Position numbers and translations under genes: made by a program. A stretch of DNA of 64,000 nucleotides from the NCBI RefSeq assembly GCF_009914755.1, contig NC_060938.1; one strand, given 5' to 3'. The notes under the pieces were generated by a model, which did not search any database, was not told where the DNA came from, and was given only the letters and a program-made list of their open reading frames with translations. Numbering within the stretch: position 1 is the first letter of the stretch; every line of letters begins with the position of its first letter. Shown here piece after piece: positions 1 through 17,995 of this stretch. Source of the stretch: the human T2T-CHM13v2.0 reference genome, Homo sapiens.

Positions 1-574
1 ATAGAATTAAAGCTGGGGAAGCTTAAACTTGAACACTAAAAACTACAATACATGGTTAGCGTTGGAAACACCCAGATACCATCCCTGAGCCTTCTCTCCT
101 TGGCTCTGAGGGCTTTACCTTCACGGGGTGAGGAAAGGGGTTGCATTCTTGGCTTTTACATTATATTAGGTGGGTTCGGGTTGAGGTATCTGCAATTCAA
201 TGAGTATTACAATCTCTACTTTTATGGATAAGAGACTGAGGCCCACCAAGAGAGGGAATGACAGTCCATATCCTGGAAGGCGAATTGTCAGGCACTGATT
301 TCCGCTATTTAACCGCTGCCAATCATCAAGTATTTAAAGGATCCCCAGATACCATACCAATAGGTGTTCAAGAGAGAGGCCTGTAATCTAGGCGTCTGAG
401 AAAACAAGGCTATAGATTCCAATATTAGAGACAACAGGGCTCTGGGAAGATTAAGGTTGAGTTTTCTGGATCTGCAGAATAGAGTCACTGAGGACCAATT
501 GCAAGATCAGAGGAGATGAAAGAACAAGTCAGGGCATGCTTAGGAAAAGAGAATACCAGGGATAGGTTTTAGGC

Positions 575-930
575 AGGAGTCACACTGAGGAAGGACAGGT
601 TCTTGGCGTCGCTCAGGATTAAATCCAAAAGCAAGCCTGTGGTGGAAGAAAGCAGCTCTACGGAGGCATTGGCGTTGTTACAACCCTGCATCCACTCCGG
701 CAGGGCAAGGAGCCCTCCGTGGGTTGTGCTCCCAGAGCAGCAGCCTAGGGGTGGCTTGTAGTCACTTTTATAATTCACTTTTAATGGCATGCTAATTAAG
801 GGGCGGGTTATTCAGAAATAGCTAGAAATGGGCAGTAACTTCCATCTGTTTCCATGGCAAGGGGTGGGGACTTCTCGTGATGACATGGCATTGGCAAACT
901 GTCATGGCACTGGAGGGAGCGTCTTCTGGT
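575..930 (-). mobile_element. ERV1-class LTR fragment (MER4 group, family uncertain)
   Basis: Motifs such as 'ggttcttggcgtcgctcagg...gtggtggaagaaagcagc' and 'catggcattggcaaactgtcatggcactgg' resemble reverse-oriented MER4-group LTRs. Boundaries are approximate. Confidence 0.4.
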
Positions 931-1550
931 GATCTGAGTTGTGAGGTGCTTTCGCTGCCTCTCCCAGTTTCCTGCGTGCCTCTTACCTGAAAGCCTATCA
1001 ACACCCCCATCTGCCCACCTACAAACGTCACTGCCCTTTCACCCCACCCCCGTTTCACACGCACTCCCACATCAACCCTGAGCTTTCAAGCCTGCGTTTC
1101 CCTGTTAGGAACATCGGTGGTAGCCAGAGCTCTGAGAAACCCCTATGCAGAACTCCTTGCCTAGTTTGTGGCAGAAATCAGGGAAGGAAAGGCAAATTTC
1201 AGGTCTTTCTCACAATAAATAAATAAAGATAGGTAGATTTGATTGATTGATGGATGGATGAAACGTGGGAGTCTACGGGCAAATATTTATCAGACACTGG
1301 AAGTGAAAGTTGTCACAAAGATTATGGAGTGCACCTGTCTTATGACCCTGTTATTTTATCCTAGTATATGCACTAGAGCATATTTTCTAACTGTGTAAAT
1401 TGAAGGCTCACAAATTAGTTTAGTGAGAGAAAGGATAACAGATTGGAAGAGAATTACCATATTCATTAGTTGTGTTTTTAAAATTTTAAAGTAAAATAGA
1501 GACATGATTTTTTTCATGCTTTTGAATGCATCTATAAAAAATAGACTTGA

Positions 1551-1854
<304 letters not shown>

Positions 1855-2074
1855 TTAATAGCATAGACCAATTGGCCTCTATTGAAATTTCTCCATTATT
1901 TTCACAATGTCCCAGGCTGTGAAACCAGTATTTAATAAAGAACCAGAATGCCACATCTGTGTCACCTGGGTAGGGACCAGTCCTGATACATTAAGTCCGG
2001 GTCTCTGGGTAACTGGACTCAACTGCTGGGCAAAACAGAATGTCCGGCATGGGTTCCTAAAGGGGGACCGCAAA

Positions 2075-2550
2075 GCTTCATGGGAATTGTAGTGTCACCT
2101 TCCAATGACGTTACCATCAAGGACTTTGGGAACCAGCTTTTCTCTCTGCGCATGCGCCACCCGGCCCACTCCGCCATTTTCCTCCGGAAGTGTGGCACCC
2201 AGAGGCGGTCCTGTAGCTGGGCCGGCTTGGGGCTTGGTTCTATGTCCCTGTGGGTCGGTGCAAGGGCCAGGAGGAACCCGTGAGCCTCAGGGGATCCCAG
2301 GGGGCCGGACCAGTGTTCCCTAGTTGTGGGAGCAGACGCGTGGGCGCATCGAGGGAGAGCAGGGCCTGAAGAGCAGGAGCGGGCTGCGGACCCTGGCGGG
2401 GGCTGGGAGGACAGGCGTGGGGTCCCAGCAGTGACGCGGGTTCTAGAGACACAGGAGCGGGTAGGAGAGGCCGGTGGCCCTGGGCCCGGAGTCTGCAGGC
2501 CGTGCTCCTGTCCTGCCGCTGAGGGACACGGTTACCAACCCGCATGATGC
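2075..2550 (+). promoter_or_regulatory. CpG-rich TATA-less promoter and first exon
   Basis: GC/CpG-rich stretch with TGGGAATTGTAGT (ZNF143/SBS-type, reverse complement ACTACAATTCCCA) at 2081-2093, GCGCATGCGC (NRF1) at 2148-2157, CCGCCATTTT (YY1) at 2171-2180 and CCGGAAGTG (ETS/GABPA) at 2184-2192. A splice-donor-like CCC|GTGAGC follows at 2280. Confidence 0.75.
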
Positions 2551-4277
2551 TCAGTTTGCCCATCTGTCCCAGTGCTAACACACAGTTCTCGGGAGACGTT
2601 CCCCATTCCCAGAGGAGTAGTGTGAAATGCGTGCGCCGCTAGTCTTAAACTTGACGTTTGTATTAGTTGGGTTTCCTGGTGTCTCTTTAGCAAGTGAAGT
2701 TTCTGGTTCCCTCCTTCACTGTGTGACCTGCCTAGTCCTCCTGGGTCGCATTTACAGAAGTTTATACGAGACCTAGTTTCCAGGGAAGAACTCACTGATT
2801 CCGCGAGGGAGATGGCGTTATAGATGATGGTCGTCAGCCTTAAGGGTACTTCAGTCTTAACTGTGTGTTAGAAAGTTTGAAAGGGAGGGTTCCCTATGAA
2901 TAAGAAGCACACTTGAAAGAACAGCCGTCTGGTCTAACCTCTCACTGGTGCTTCAGAGGAGGAAAAAAGGTCACAGGTGAAGATCCCAGTTTTCCTTGCT
3001 CAGGAAATATTAATTCTACTCCCTAGAATGCACAAGATTTGCAAAGACTAGGTGATAGTAGAAGGTTTGGACGAACTTTCAGAAGGTTGAGGTGAATTCA
3101 GCTGAGAAAAACAGGCAAGGACTTAGGAAATATTCCTTATTTGAAGGGGCCTGAAAGTGTGGTCTGGGGTACAGGAGTGACCTGTCATACTTGAGAGGAT
3201 TAAAATACTCTCCAAACACAGTCCCATTCCTTCAATCTTAGCTCGTTTTTTCGCGTCTGAGATATATTAAACCTAGTCCATCACCAAATTTAGCATTAGA
3301 TTGCGAAGTTCTATTGATTGTATTTGATTTGTAATTTAAGATTTTCTCCCCCTACATAATTTTGTTAAAAACACAGAAGTGAATTCTGTTCACTTAGGTG
3401 TAACAGTTAATACTTGCTGTTTAAGGAACTAATTAAACCTTACTGGCTTATAAAAAACAACCACCATTTTATTTGTTTGAAGTTCTGTGGATCTGCATTT
3501 TGGTGTGGTGGATTCACCTGGGTAGTTGATATATTTGTGTTGCCTGGATCACAAAAAGGCCTTAGTCACCTGGTGCCTTGACTGAGCCTGGTTGGTTTAA
3601 GATAGTTTCCTTCACAATCTGGTGGTTTGTGGTGACTCTTGGCTAGGCCCTGTGTCTCCAACAGGGTAGCTCCAGACCTCTTCACAATTTCTCCCAAAAA
3701 AGGAAGAACCAATGGATATTTGCATCACATTTTCCATTGTCCATTCACTGGACAAGTCAGATGGAAAAGCCCAATTTATTGTCAGAGCATAATATGAGGG
3801 CTTGGATAGAAGGAAAGGTGTTATTGGGAAACATGAGTAGAATGGTGTACTGTAGGAAATACGCATTATGTACATTTTAAAAAGCGTAATTGTAGGCCAA
3901 AATTGCTGGTTTGCTAGATGCACTTTCCATGATGTTCAGGTATAGAAAAGCAAGAGGTACTGTCACGGGAACACTCATATGAAGTTATTTGTGAAATCTA
4001 CATATTAATAGGAAAATAGTTAATACAGACCAGTATATTTCTATAACATTTATTTTAGTGAACTTATGTTTCTTTGTATTAAATTATTAGATTATATCTT
4101 TAGATAATATTGTTACTAAATTAGTAGGTAATACATATATTTATTCAAAAATAAATTGTGCATCTAATGTCTACCAATTAATGTACTTGTCTATGTATCT
4201 TATCTTAACTTGAGCCTCTGCTGCCCCTAATGAGGCGTGAAGAACTCTTCTCCCCTGGAGAAGTTTTTCTTTTTCAG

Positions 4278-4445
4278 GAGGGAGGAGGGCTTTCCGGGTA
4301 ATGTGTCTAGAGCGTTGGGCAGAAGAATCTGGGACCACACCACACCAGTTCTCTCCTTAATCCACGTCATTTGCCTTCTATCCCAGCTATGTTTCCAGTG
4401 TCCTCTGGGTGTTTCCAAGAGCAACAAGAAACGAATAAATCTCTG
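4278..4445 (+). ncRNA. candidate internal exon of a non-coding transcript from the 2.2 kb promoter
   Basis: Strong acceptor 'tttttctttttcag|' ending at 4277 and consensus donor 'CTG|GTGAGT' at 4446; 168 nt. No expression evidence. Confidence 0.45.
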
Positions 4446-4838
4446 GTGAGTTGCTTCCTTGTTCTTCACTTTGTTTTACACTGTATTTTCTGAGTTTATG
4501 GGTGTCTGTGAATTAAAAAGGAAAAGTAGAAATAAGTAAAACTCAGGTTGAAGGAAATATACATAAATAAGATAAAGCTGACCTGTAGATATAGGCAGGT
4601 TATAAGAGCTTAGAGTAGTCTAAGTTGGGTGCAAATTTTCCTCTGATCTTTCTGATGCTGAGACAAAAAAGGCAGTCATATTTGTTACGTAATTGGAATG
4701 GAACCCGAGAAGAGAGCATGCTGTGTTCTTGTGGGACAGGAAAGATTTTGTGCACCAAGTCCGAACCACCACCTTCATTGGTGACATAGATTATGTGCTG
4801 GAACATATTTCACACCGGCCTGGCAGTAACCACTTGTA

Positions 4839-4922
4839 GTGTTGTGCAGTGGAAACGGTCATCTTCCGCTAAAGCACGGCGTGTTGTGCAGTGGAAATGG
4901 TCATCTGCCGCTAAAGCACAGC
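4839..4922. repeat. 42-bp tandem duplication
   Basis: gtgttgtgcagtggaaacggtcatcttccgctaaagcacggc occurs twice with 3 mismatches. Confidence 0.9.
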
Positions 4923-5267
4923 TTCCATCGTAAGGTGTGCTCATTGCTCAAAGAGTGTGGTCCCAAACAGCTTTTGGGAGGTCCTCCTTGATTCATGGAT
5001 GAAACCCAGAACATCTTGAGGACTGAGTTAACCATAGGCCCTTAAATAACTCTCCAGACATTTTTCTTAGTTTATCTCTACATGCAGGGTGTGCAGCAGC
5101 CTGTTCAAAGTCATATTTTCTGGGAAATATTTCCAGTGTTTATTTGCACTTTAGCCCACTCTGTGTAGTCTTAACTTATTTCTTCTAAGCTCACCATTAA
5201 CCTAATTAATAGTCAAATTTAGGGGGACTGTATTTGACTTACTCAAGTCTTCTACCATAGTTGAAAC

Positions 5268-5855
5268 TGTCGTACCCGAGTGAGTTAGAGATAAACGCCA
5301 CACTTTGAGACGAATTCAGGGGTCCTTTATTAGCTGGTGACTGAGAGACGGCTAATGCACGAAATTCTCTCGGCCCTGAAGAAGGGACTAGATTTTCTTT
5401 TATACTTTGGTTTAGAGAGGGGAGGGGGGATTCTAGCTGCAGCAACTTTACAGAAGAAAAAAACAGACAAAAAAGTTAAAAAGACAGATGCTTACAGGAA
5501 AACAAACTGTTCCAGGTGCAGGGGCTTTAAATTCACCACAAAGTGATAGGTGAGGGGGCTCTGGGCATTATCTGCCAGACAAATGTGGGGCTTTATGATA
5601 CTATCTCTGAATAAATTGCTGGGAACTGCAGACATCGCTTGTCTAAGCACTTTATCAGTTAATTGCACTCTTTGATATGTTGAAAGTCAACTTGCACAAG
5701 TTAAAGTCCTTGAGGAAAGGGGGTGGGTAGGGAGCCCTTGATGTCTTGTAAATGAAGGAGCCAAATGGAGTTTGTCTGGTTTTCTCAGCTAAGGGAGAGT
5801 CTATTCATATTAAAAACAAGGTTAGCTATCTAAGGAAGAGTCTATTCATGTTACA
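5268..5855 (-). mobile_element. solo LTR6-type (HERVS71) LTR
   Basis: Begins 'tgtcgtacccgagtgagttagagataaacgccacactttgagacgaatt', matching recalled LTR6. TG...CA termini; AATAAA on the minus strand. Confidence 0.75.
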
Positions 5856-5911
5856 ACGTTGGGTATTACAAAACATCTGTTCATGATCTGGAAATTCTTC
5901 TGTGTTAGTTC

Positions 5912-6310
5912 TGTTAAAAGAAAAACTTTAAAGGAGTTTAATAGAGCAATAAACGATTCACGAATCAGACAGTACCCAGAATCACATCAGATTCACAGAG
6001 ACTCCAGCGCATTCATGTGGTGGAAGAAGATTTATAGACAAAAGGGAAATGGCATACCGAAATCGGAAGTGAGGTACAGAAACAACTCAGCGTTTGCCTT
6101 GTTTGAACACAGTTTGAACATTTGCCAGTGCCTGAGTGGTTGAAGTCTGGCCATTGGGATTGGCCAAGATGTAGCTGTTGTTCAAGGTGCATACTCTTAA
6201 GTTAGTTTTTCATTCTTCTATACCTATTAAGGTAGGTTACAGTTCATCCACAATGACTCATATATAGAATTATGGAGTCCTTCTCAGGCCATACTTAGTT
6301 CACTTTAACA
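5912..6310 (-). mobile_element. MER57A 3' LTR
   Basis: Reverse complement starts TGTTAAAGTGAACTAAGTATGGCCTGAGAAGGACTCC, matching recalled MER57A. Confidence 0.85.
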
Positions 6311-6684
6311 ATGCCTTCCCTTTGGTTATTTTCTCAATTTTGAGAGATTGGCCAAAACTTCAGTCACTGGTGTCACTATTACCATTGAAAATGTACTTAC
6401 TTGGTTTAGAAACCCACTGGGAAATAGACCAGTGAGATTTGAAAAGGTGGAACAAGGACTTGAGTAGAAGGTATCTTCTTATGCTGGAACATCCTGTTTA
6501 CAGGAGAAAAACAAAACCTGGTTTGTTCTAGGATTTATGTGTTTCTTTAAAGTCTTAGTTTCATTATGTTACATTTAGCATGAGTGACTCCATTTTGGTT
6601 TGGTTTGGTCTGTTGGGACCTATTGCATGAGTTTAGTTCAAAACAATGACCTCCCATAATTTTGCTTAAAAAATTCCTCCTTTT

Positions 6685-6985
<301 letters not shown>

Positions 6986-7050
6986 TCAGTCAAGTTCTCA
7001 CTTAGTTGAGAGTGTGACCAAAATGTAGGGCCTTAGCATCACTCTTACTT

Positions 7051-7826
7051 ACCATTGTTTTGGGTTCCAGTTTTAGCACGTCACTCCCATTGTTTGGGGT
7101 TCGGGTTTAGCACGTCACTCCCATTGTTTTGGGTTTCTGGTTTAGCAGGATGCTCCCATTGTTTCGGGTTTCTGGTTTTAGCACGTCACTCCCATTGTTT
7201 TGGGTTTCTGGTTTAGCAGGTCACTCCCATTGTTTTCAGTTTCTGATTTAGCAGGATGCTCCCATTGTTTTGGGTTTCTGGTTTAGCAGGTCACTCCCAT
7301 TGTTTTGGGTTCCGGTTTTAGCACATCACTCCCATTGTTTTCATTTCCGGTTTTAGCACATCACTCCCATTGTTTTGGGTTCCAGTTTTAGCAAGTCACT
7401 CCCATTGTTTTGGGTTCTGATTTTAGTGCACATCACCCCCATTGTTTTGGGTTCCAGTTTTAGTGTATCACTCTCATTGTTTTGGGTTTCTGGTTTAGCA
7501 CGTCACTCCCATTGTTTTGGGTTTCTGGTTTTGCAGGTCACTCCCATTGTTTTGGGTTCTGGTTTAAGCACATCACTCCCATTGTTTTCATTTCCTCTTT
7601 TGGCACGTCACTCCCATTGTTTTGGGTTCCAGTTTTAGCAAGTCACTCCCATTGTTTTGGGTTTCTTGTTTAGCACGTCACTCCCATTGTTTTGGGTTCT
7701 GATTTTAGTGCACGTCACTCCCATTGTTTTGGGTTCCCGTTTTAGTACATCACTCCCATTGTTTTGGGTTTCTGGTTTAGCATGTCACCCCCATTGTTTT
7801 GGGTTTCCGGTTTAGCATGTCACTCA
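7051..7826. repeat. 35-37 bp minisatellite, ~22 copies
   Basis: Unit approximately cactcccattgttttgggtttctggtttagcacgt, tandemly repeated inside the ERV internal region. Confidence 0.95.
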
Positions 7827-9091
7827 TAGGTTATGGTGTCCTTACGGTTGCACTTTTTTTTAATCTCTTGTCATTCCAGTTGAAGAGATACCATTTGATA
7901 TTTTAGAGATGACTGCATGCAAACTCTTAAAACATTTGAGTAAGTACAGTGCACCAGGGAGACTCTTATGACTGTTGGGATAACACCAAGAATTTGGTAT
8001 ATGCTCCTAACTCAGGGTCCCCATAAATCAAACCACCTAAAATAAAATAGATTAAAGAATGAATTAGATAAAGAGTTTACTTGCTTAACTAAGTGTGTTT
8101 TTTTGTTAATTCCCTACAACCAAATTTTTATAATACCCCATGTTTTCTCCACATGCTGTAAGTGTTAGCAGCTGCACAGATACTTAAGATAAGTGTCTCA
8201 TGTTAGTAGAGAAGTCTTGATCTGTGATCTTGGGAAAAGCTGTTCACATTAAGGATGCCATCTTCTTCTGGGGGGAACTGTCCTTGTTAGCTTTACCTTA
8301 AGGGTTCCAATGGGTATATGGTTCCAAGTGTGGAAGGACCTTTCTGAGTTGTGAGACTATGAACCCAAAGTTTAAGGTTTTAAAGTTTTGCTGTCATGTG
8401 GATGGCAAGGGCAGTCCTTCTCTGATGTTCTCAGAAGATCCAGTCATCAGATTCCAGATTTTGAAGGGGTTGACTGTCCTCAGTGAACCATAAAAGGCTT
8501 TCTTTACCTGGTGAAAATACACTTCAGGGTAATAATCTACTGTTTTAACATCAACTCTCTCGCATGGAAGAGCTTTTATACAATCAGAAAACATGCACTG
8601 AAAATGACAACTGAATCAAATCCCTTTATAAAATGTTTAAATGGCCCATCAGGTAACCAAATGTACCTGAAGTTTTGATTGTTTTCCTAGAAATATAGGT
8701 TTGACAAACTAAACATTGGTTATAAACTATTTTAACAGTTTAGAAATCACCACACCAATATATTTAATTTGGATCATTTTCTCTTTCCATGATGAGTTAT
8801 GGAATGCAGAACTTTTAATAACAAAAGTTTTAAGGACTTAAGAAGGATAAGGTGGCCATCCTGGTTCTTCATAAGTCTGTGCTTAATTAACATTAGACTT
8901 ACATCCTCTTGAATACCAGCTGTTTCTCCAAATTAGGTGCATGGTACTGGTAACTGATGAGTAGTTATAGGTGATTTGACTCAGACCATGGAGTTTATTT
9001 AAATTATATACCTAAACAATTTCAATATTGGTGATTTAGCATGCAAATGTGGCAAAATATTTCCTTGGTATACAATTTTTGTTTTACTTAG

Positions 9092-9427
<336 letters not shown>

Positions 9428-9737
9428 TAACTTTTGAGAATTCTTAACCTGTCCAATTCTTGGGGTATCAGGGAACTTATGGGGAATTTTTACCCATTAT
9501 ATTAAAGTTATTAAAAATCTGTGTTCACGAGTGTTTTTCAGGATCCTTTTCATTCTTTCATGAATCTTCTAAGAGACACCATATTCTAGAATTTTGCATG
9601 CTTGTGAAGTTTTTAGAAACTGCATCACCATTAAGCAATTAACTGTGGAAATGACTTTAAATAGTTATAGATAAAGACAATTGACAAGGAAATTTGGTTA
9701 TTTCTGTGGTCTACAATAACTTAATAACCATAATTAG

Positions 9738-10090
<353 letters not shown>

Positions 10091-10488
10091 CTAAAGAAGG
10101 TTCAACATTATTTTGTATTTTGACAGTGCTAGCCATGTGACTTAACATGTTAAATAGTCCTGTTTACCTCTCTTTTGGGTGCTTCAGGGGCCTCTGTAGT
10201 ATCCCAAAGTTAGAGGTCAGAACATAAAATTTTGAAGTTGCAATTTGATTTTGGGAAGCGTATTAAATATATTAAAGGTTTAAACACTTGATGTTATGAA
10301 ATAGAATTCCACATCAACGTAAGTCATTCATTTACCTAAAATCATGACTTAAAAAATTTTTAAAGGGCAAAAATCTTTACTCATTGATAGGGGGAAGACT
10401 TATCTCCACAAATAATCTGCCTCTGTTTTTCCTTTTTTTTTTGGTAGTTTATTTACAAGGCAAACAAATTTTTCATTTTTTAATTTTA

Positions 10489-10540
<52 letters not shown>

Positions 10541-10739
10541 CTTTAAGTTTTAGGGTTTATGTGCACAATGTGCCAGTTAGTTACATATGTATACATGTGC
10601 CAGTCTGGTGGGCTGCACCCATTAACTCGTCATTTAGCATTAGGTATATCTCCTAATGCTATCCCTCCCCCCTCCCCCCACCCCACAACAGTCCCCAGAG
10701 TGTGATGTTCCCCTTCCTTTGTCCATGTGTTCTCATTGT

Positions 10740-14551
<3,812 letters not shown>

Positions 14552-14614
14552 TATGATGTTAGCTGGTTATTTTGCTCGTTAATTGACGCAGTTTCTTCCT
14601 AGTCTTGATGTTCT

Positions 14615-15631
14615 TTACAATTTGGCATGTTTTTGCAGTGGCTGGTACCGATTGTGCCTTTCCATGTTTAGTGCTTCCTTCAGGAGCTCTTTTAGGACAG
14701 GCCTGGTGGTGACAAAATCGCTCAGCATTTGCTTGTCTGTAAAGTATTTTATTTCTCCTTCACTTATGAAGCTTAGTTTGGCTGGATATGAAATTCTGGG
14801 TTGAAAATTCTTTTCTGTAAGAATGTTGAATATTGGCCCCCTCTCTCTTCTTGCTTGCAGAGTTTCTGCCAAGAGATCAGCAGTTATTCTGATGGGCTTC
14901 CCTTTATGGGTAACCTGACCTTTCTCTCTGGTTGCCCTTAATATTTTTTCCTTCATTTCAACTTTGGTGAATCTCACAATTATGTGTCTTGGAGTTGCTG
15001 TTCTCGAGGAGTATCTTTGTGGCGTTCTCTGTATTTCCTGAATCTGAATGTTGGCTGGCTTTGCTGGATTGGGGAAGTTCTCCAGGATAATATCCTGCAG
15101 AGTGTTTTCCAACTTGGTTCCATTCTCCCCGTCACTTTCAGGTACACCAATCAGATGCAGATTTGGTCTTTTCATATAGTCCCATATTTCTTGGAGGCTT
15201 TGTTCATTTCTTCTTATTCTTTTTTTTCTAAACTTCCCTTCTTGTTTCATTTCATTCATTTCATCTTTCATCACTGATACACTTTCTTCCAGTTGATCTC
15301 ATCATCTCCTGAGGCTTCTGCATTCTTCACATAGTTCTCGAGCCTTGGCTTTCAGCTCCATTAGCTCCTTTAAGCACTTCTCTATATTGGTTATTCTAGT
15401 TATACATTCGTCTAAAGTTTTTTCAAAGTTTTCAACTTCTTTGCCTTTGGTTTGAATTTCCTCCTGTAGCTCGGAGTAGTTTGATCGTCCGAAACCCTCT
15501 TCTCTCAACTCGTCAAAGTCATTCTCTGTCCAGCTTTGTTCCATTGCTGGTGAGAAACAGCGTTCCTTTGGCAGAGGAGAGGTGCTCTGCTTTTTAGAGT
15601 TTCCAGTTTTTCTGCTCTGTTTTTTCCCCAT
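14615..15631 (-). pseudogene. L1 ORF1 with two tandem premature stops
   Basis: MGKKQSRKTGNSK...QPLQKHAKL lies in one frame, with TGA TGA at 15304-15299. Confidence 0.95.
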
Positions 15632-16761
15632 CTTTGTGGTTTTATCTACTTTTGGTCTTTGATGATGGTGATGTACAGATGGGTTTTTGGTGTGGATGTC
15701 CTTCCTGTTTGTTAGTTTTCCTTCTAACAGACATGACCCTCAGCTTCAGGTCTGTTGGAGTTTGCTAGAGGCCCATTCCAGACCCTGTTTGCCTGGCTAT
15801 CAGTAGTGGTGTCTGCAAAACCGTGGATTTTCGTGATCCGCGAATGCTGCTGTCTGATCGTTCCTCTGGAAGTTTTGTCTCAGAGGAGTACCTGGTCGTG
15901 TGAGATGTCAGTCTGCCCCTACTGGGGGGTGCCTCCCAGTTAGGCTGCTTGGGGGTCAGGGACCCACTTGAGGAGGCAGTCTGCCCATTCTCAGATCTCC
16001 AGCTGCGTGCTGGGAGAACCACTGCTCTCCTCAAAGCTGTCAGACAGGGACATTTAAGTCTGCAGAGGTTACTGCTGTCTTTTTGTTTGTCTGTGCCCTG
16101 CCCCCAGAGGTGGAGCCTGCAGAGGCAGGACGGCCTCCTTGAGCTGTGGTGGGCTCCACCCAGTTCGAGCTTCCTGGCTGCTTTGTTTAACTAAGAGAGC
16201 CTGGGCAATAGCCGGTGCCCCTGCCCCAGCCTTGCTGCTGCCTTGCATTTTGATCTCATACTGCTGTGTTAGCAATCAGCGAGACTCCGTGTGCGTAGGA
16301 CACTCTGAGCCAGGTGCCAGATATAATCTCCTGGTGTGCCGTTTCCTAAGCCCGTCAGAAAAGCACAGTGTTAGGGTGAGAGTGACCCGATTTTCCAGGT
16401 GCCGTCTGTCACCCCTTTCCTTGACCAGGAAAGGGAGCTAACTCCCTGACCCCTTGCACTTCCTGAGTGAGGCAATGACTCGCCCTGCTTCAGCTAGTGC
16501 ACAGTGCACTTCACCCACTGTCCTGCGCCCACTGTCTGGCACTCCCTAGTGAGATGAACCCAGTACCTCAAATGGAAATGCAGAAATCACCGGTCTTCTG
16601 CGTCATTCATGCTGGGAGCTGTAGACTCGAGCTGTTCCTATTCGGCCATCTTGGCTCCTCCTCCCATTATTTTTTAATATTTTCTGAAAATCTTCTTTAA
16701 AGAGAGAAAGCCAAATGTCACCCACTTTTTCATAAAACCTTATAGGCCAATCTATTATTCT

Positions 16762-17055
16762 TTTCTTTTTTGGAGGTGGATTTTCCCTCTTGTTGCCCAG
16801 GCTGGAGTGCAATGATGCGATCTCGGTTTACTGCAACCCCCTGCCTCCCAGGTTCAAGCAATTCTCCCGCCCTAGCCTCCTGAGTAGCTGGGATTAGAGG
16901 CATGCCACACCATGCCCAGCTAATTTTGTGTTTTTAGTAGAGACGGGGTTTTTCCTTGTTGGTCATGCTGGCCCTGAACTCCTGACCTCAGGTGATCCAC
17001 CTGCCTCGGCCTCCCCAAGTGTTGGGATTACAGGCATGAGCCACTGCCCCTGGCC
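16762..17055 (-). mobile_element. Alu (AluS)
   Basis: Reverse Alu dimer. Confidence 0.92.
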
Positions 17056-17995
17056 ATTTTTTTTTAAAGATAACCTCTTGCTCTGTCACCCTCCTCTCCA
17101 TATTATAGCTCTGGGGCCAAGCTGCATCACAATGGAAATCATGGAGCCACAGGAAGAATCCACTCAGCTTTGCAACATGCTGCCCAAGAGGTTGCTTGGA
17201 GTAACCAAATTAACATTTTTCATTCTGCTCAGAGCAAAATACATGTGACAAAACATAGACACGAGCCACTTTGCTTAGCACCCAGTGTCAAACTGGTAAG
17301 ACCCAAACTTGCTCCCAGATAGGCCGTGCCACCTCTAAATCTTTTTAGAAGCTTCTGCATATTAATAGGCATCCCTAGATGAGACTAATTTGGGAGCCCT
17401 CATTTTTAAATGCACTTCAGGGCATTATTCATTTGGAATGTTCCACTGTAAGTTATCTTTAATAAGATTTTGCCATTTCTGTAAGACTTTGCCGCTTCCC
17501 AGGCCTAATGAATTAGCCAGAAGGAACTAAGTTTTCCAGAAATTAAGGATCCTATTTTTACCTAATATATTGGCTTTACTCCCAGGTTCCCTTGATTGAC
17601 TTAGCCAATGATTTTTTTTTCCTACCTAAGCGTGCGAGGAAAATGAAACAAAGGGGTAGAACACAAAAATCCCTGTGAATTTTCAAAAGCCAAATTTTAC
17701 AACCCTCCAAAATTATCATTTACTACCACTTTCCTTCTGACCCATTCAGATGTAGGAGGTCTCTAACTGGAACTGGATTCAAGCCAGTTAACTACTGGAT
17801 CAAATCTGATCCTGGACCCGGTCCCGTTTCTGTCATAACTTCTAAAACATCCAGTCAGTCATGGCTGGATAGCAGTTTGGAACAGAAATTTGCTCAAAGA
17901 AACTCAGAGCTCAAAACACAAATCCATGGAGCTCTGAAATCCGAGAGAGAATTTACCATGATCCCCAGCTGCTCTGAGAGGTCAAAGTGCACAAG

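Noticed and set aside
7375-7673. Hydrophobic repeat ORFs
   Set aside because: They are translations of the minisatellite.
10384-10656. Poly-tyrosine ORF
   Set aside because: It is the (TAT)n microsatellite derived from the L1 tail.
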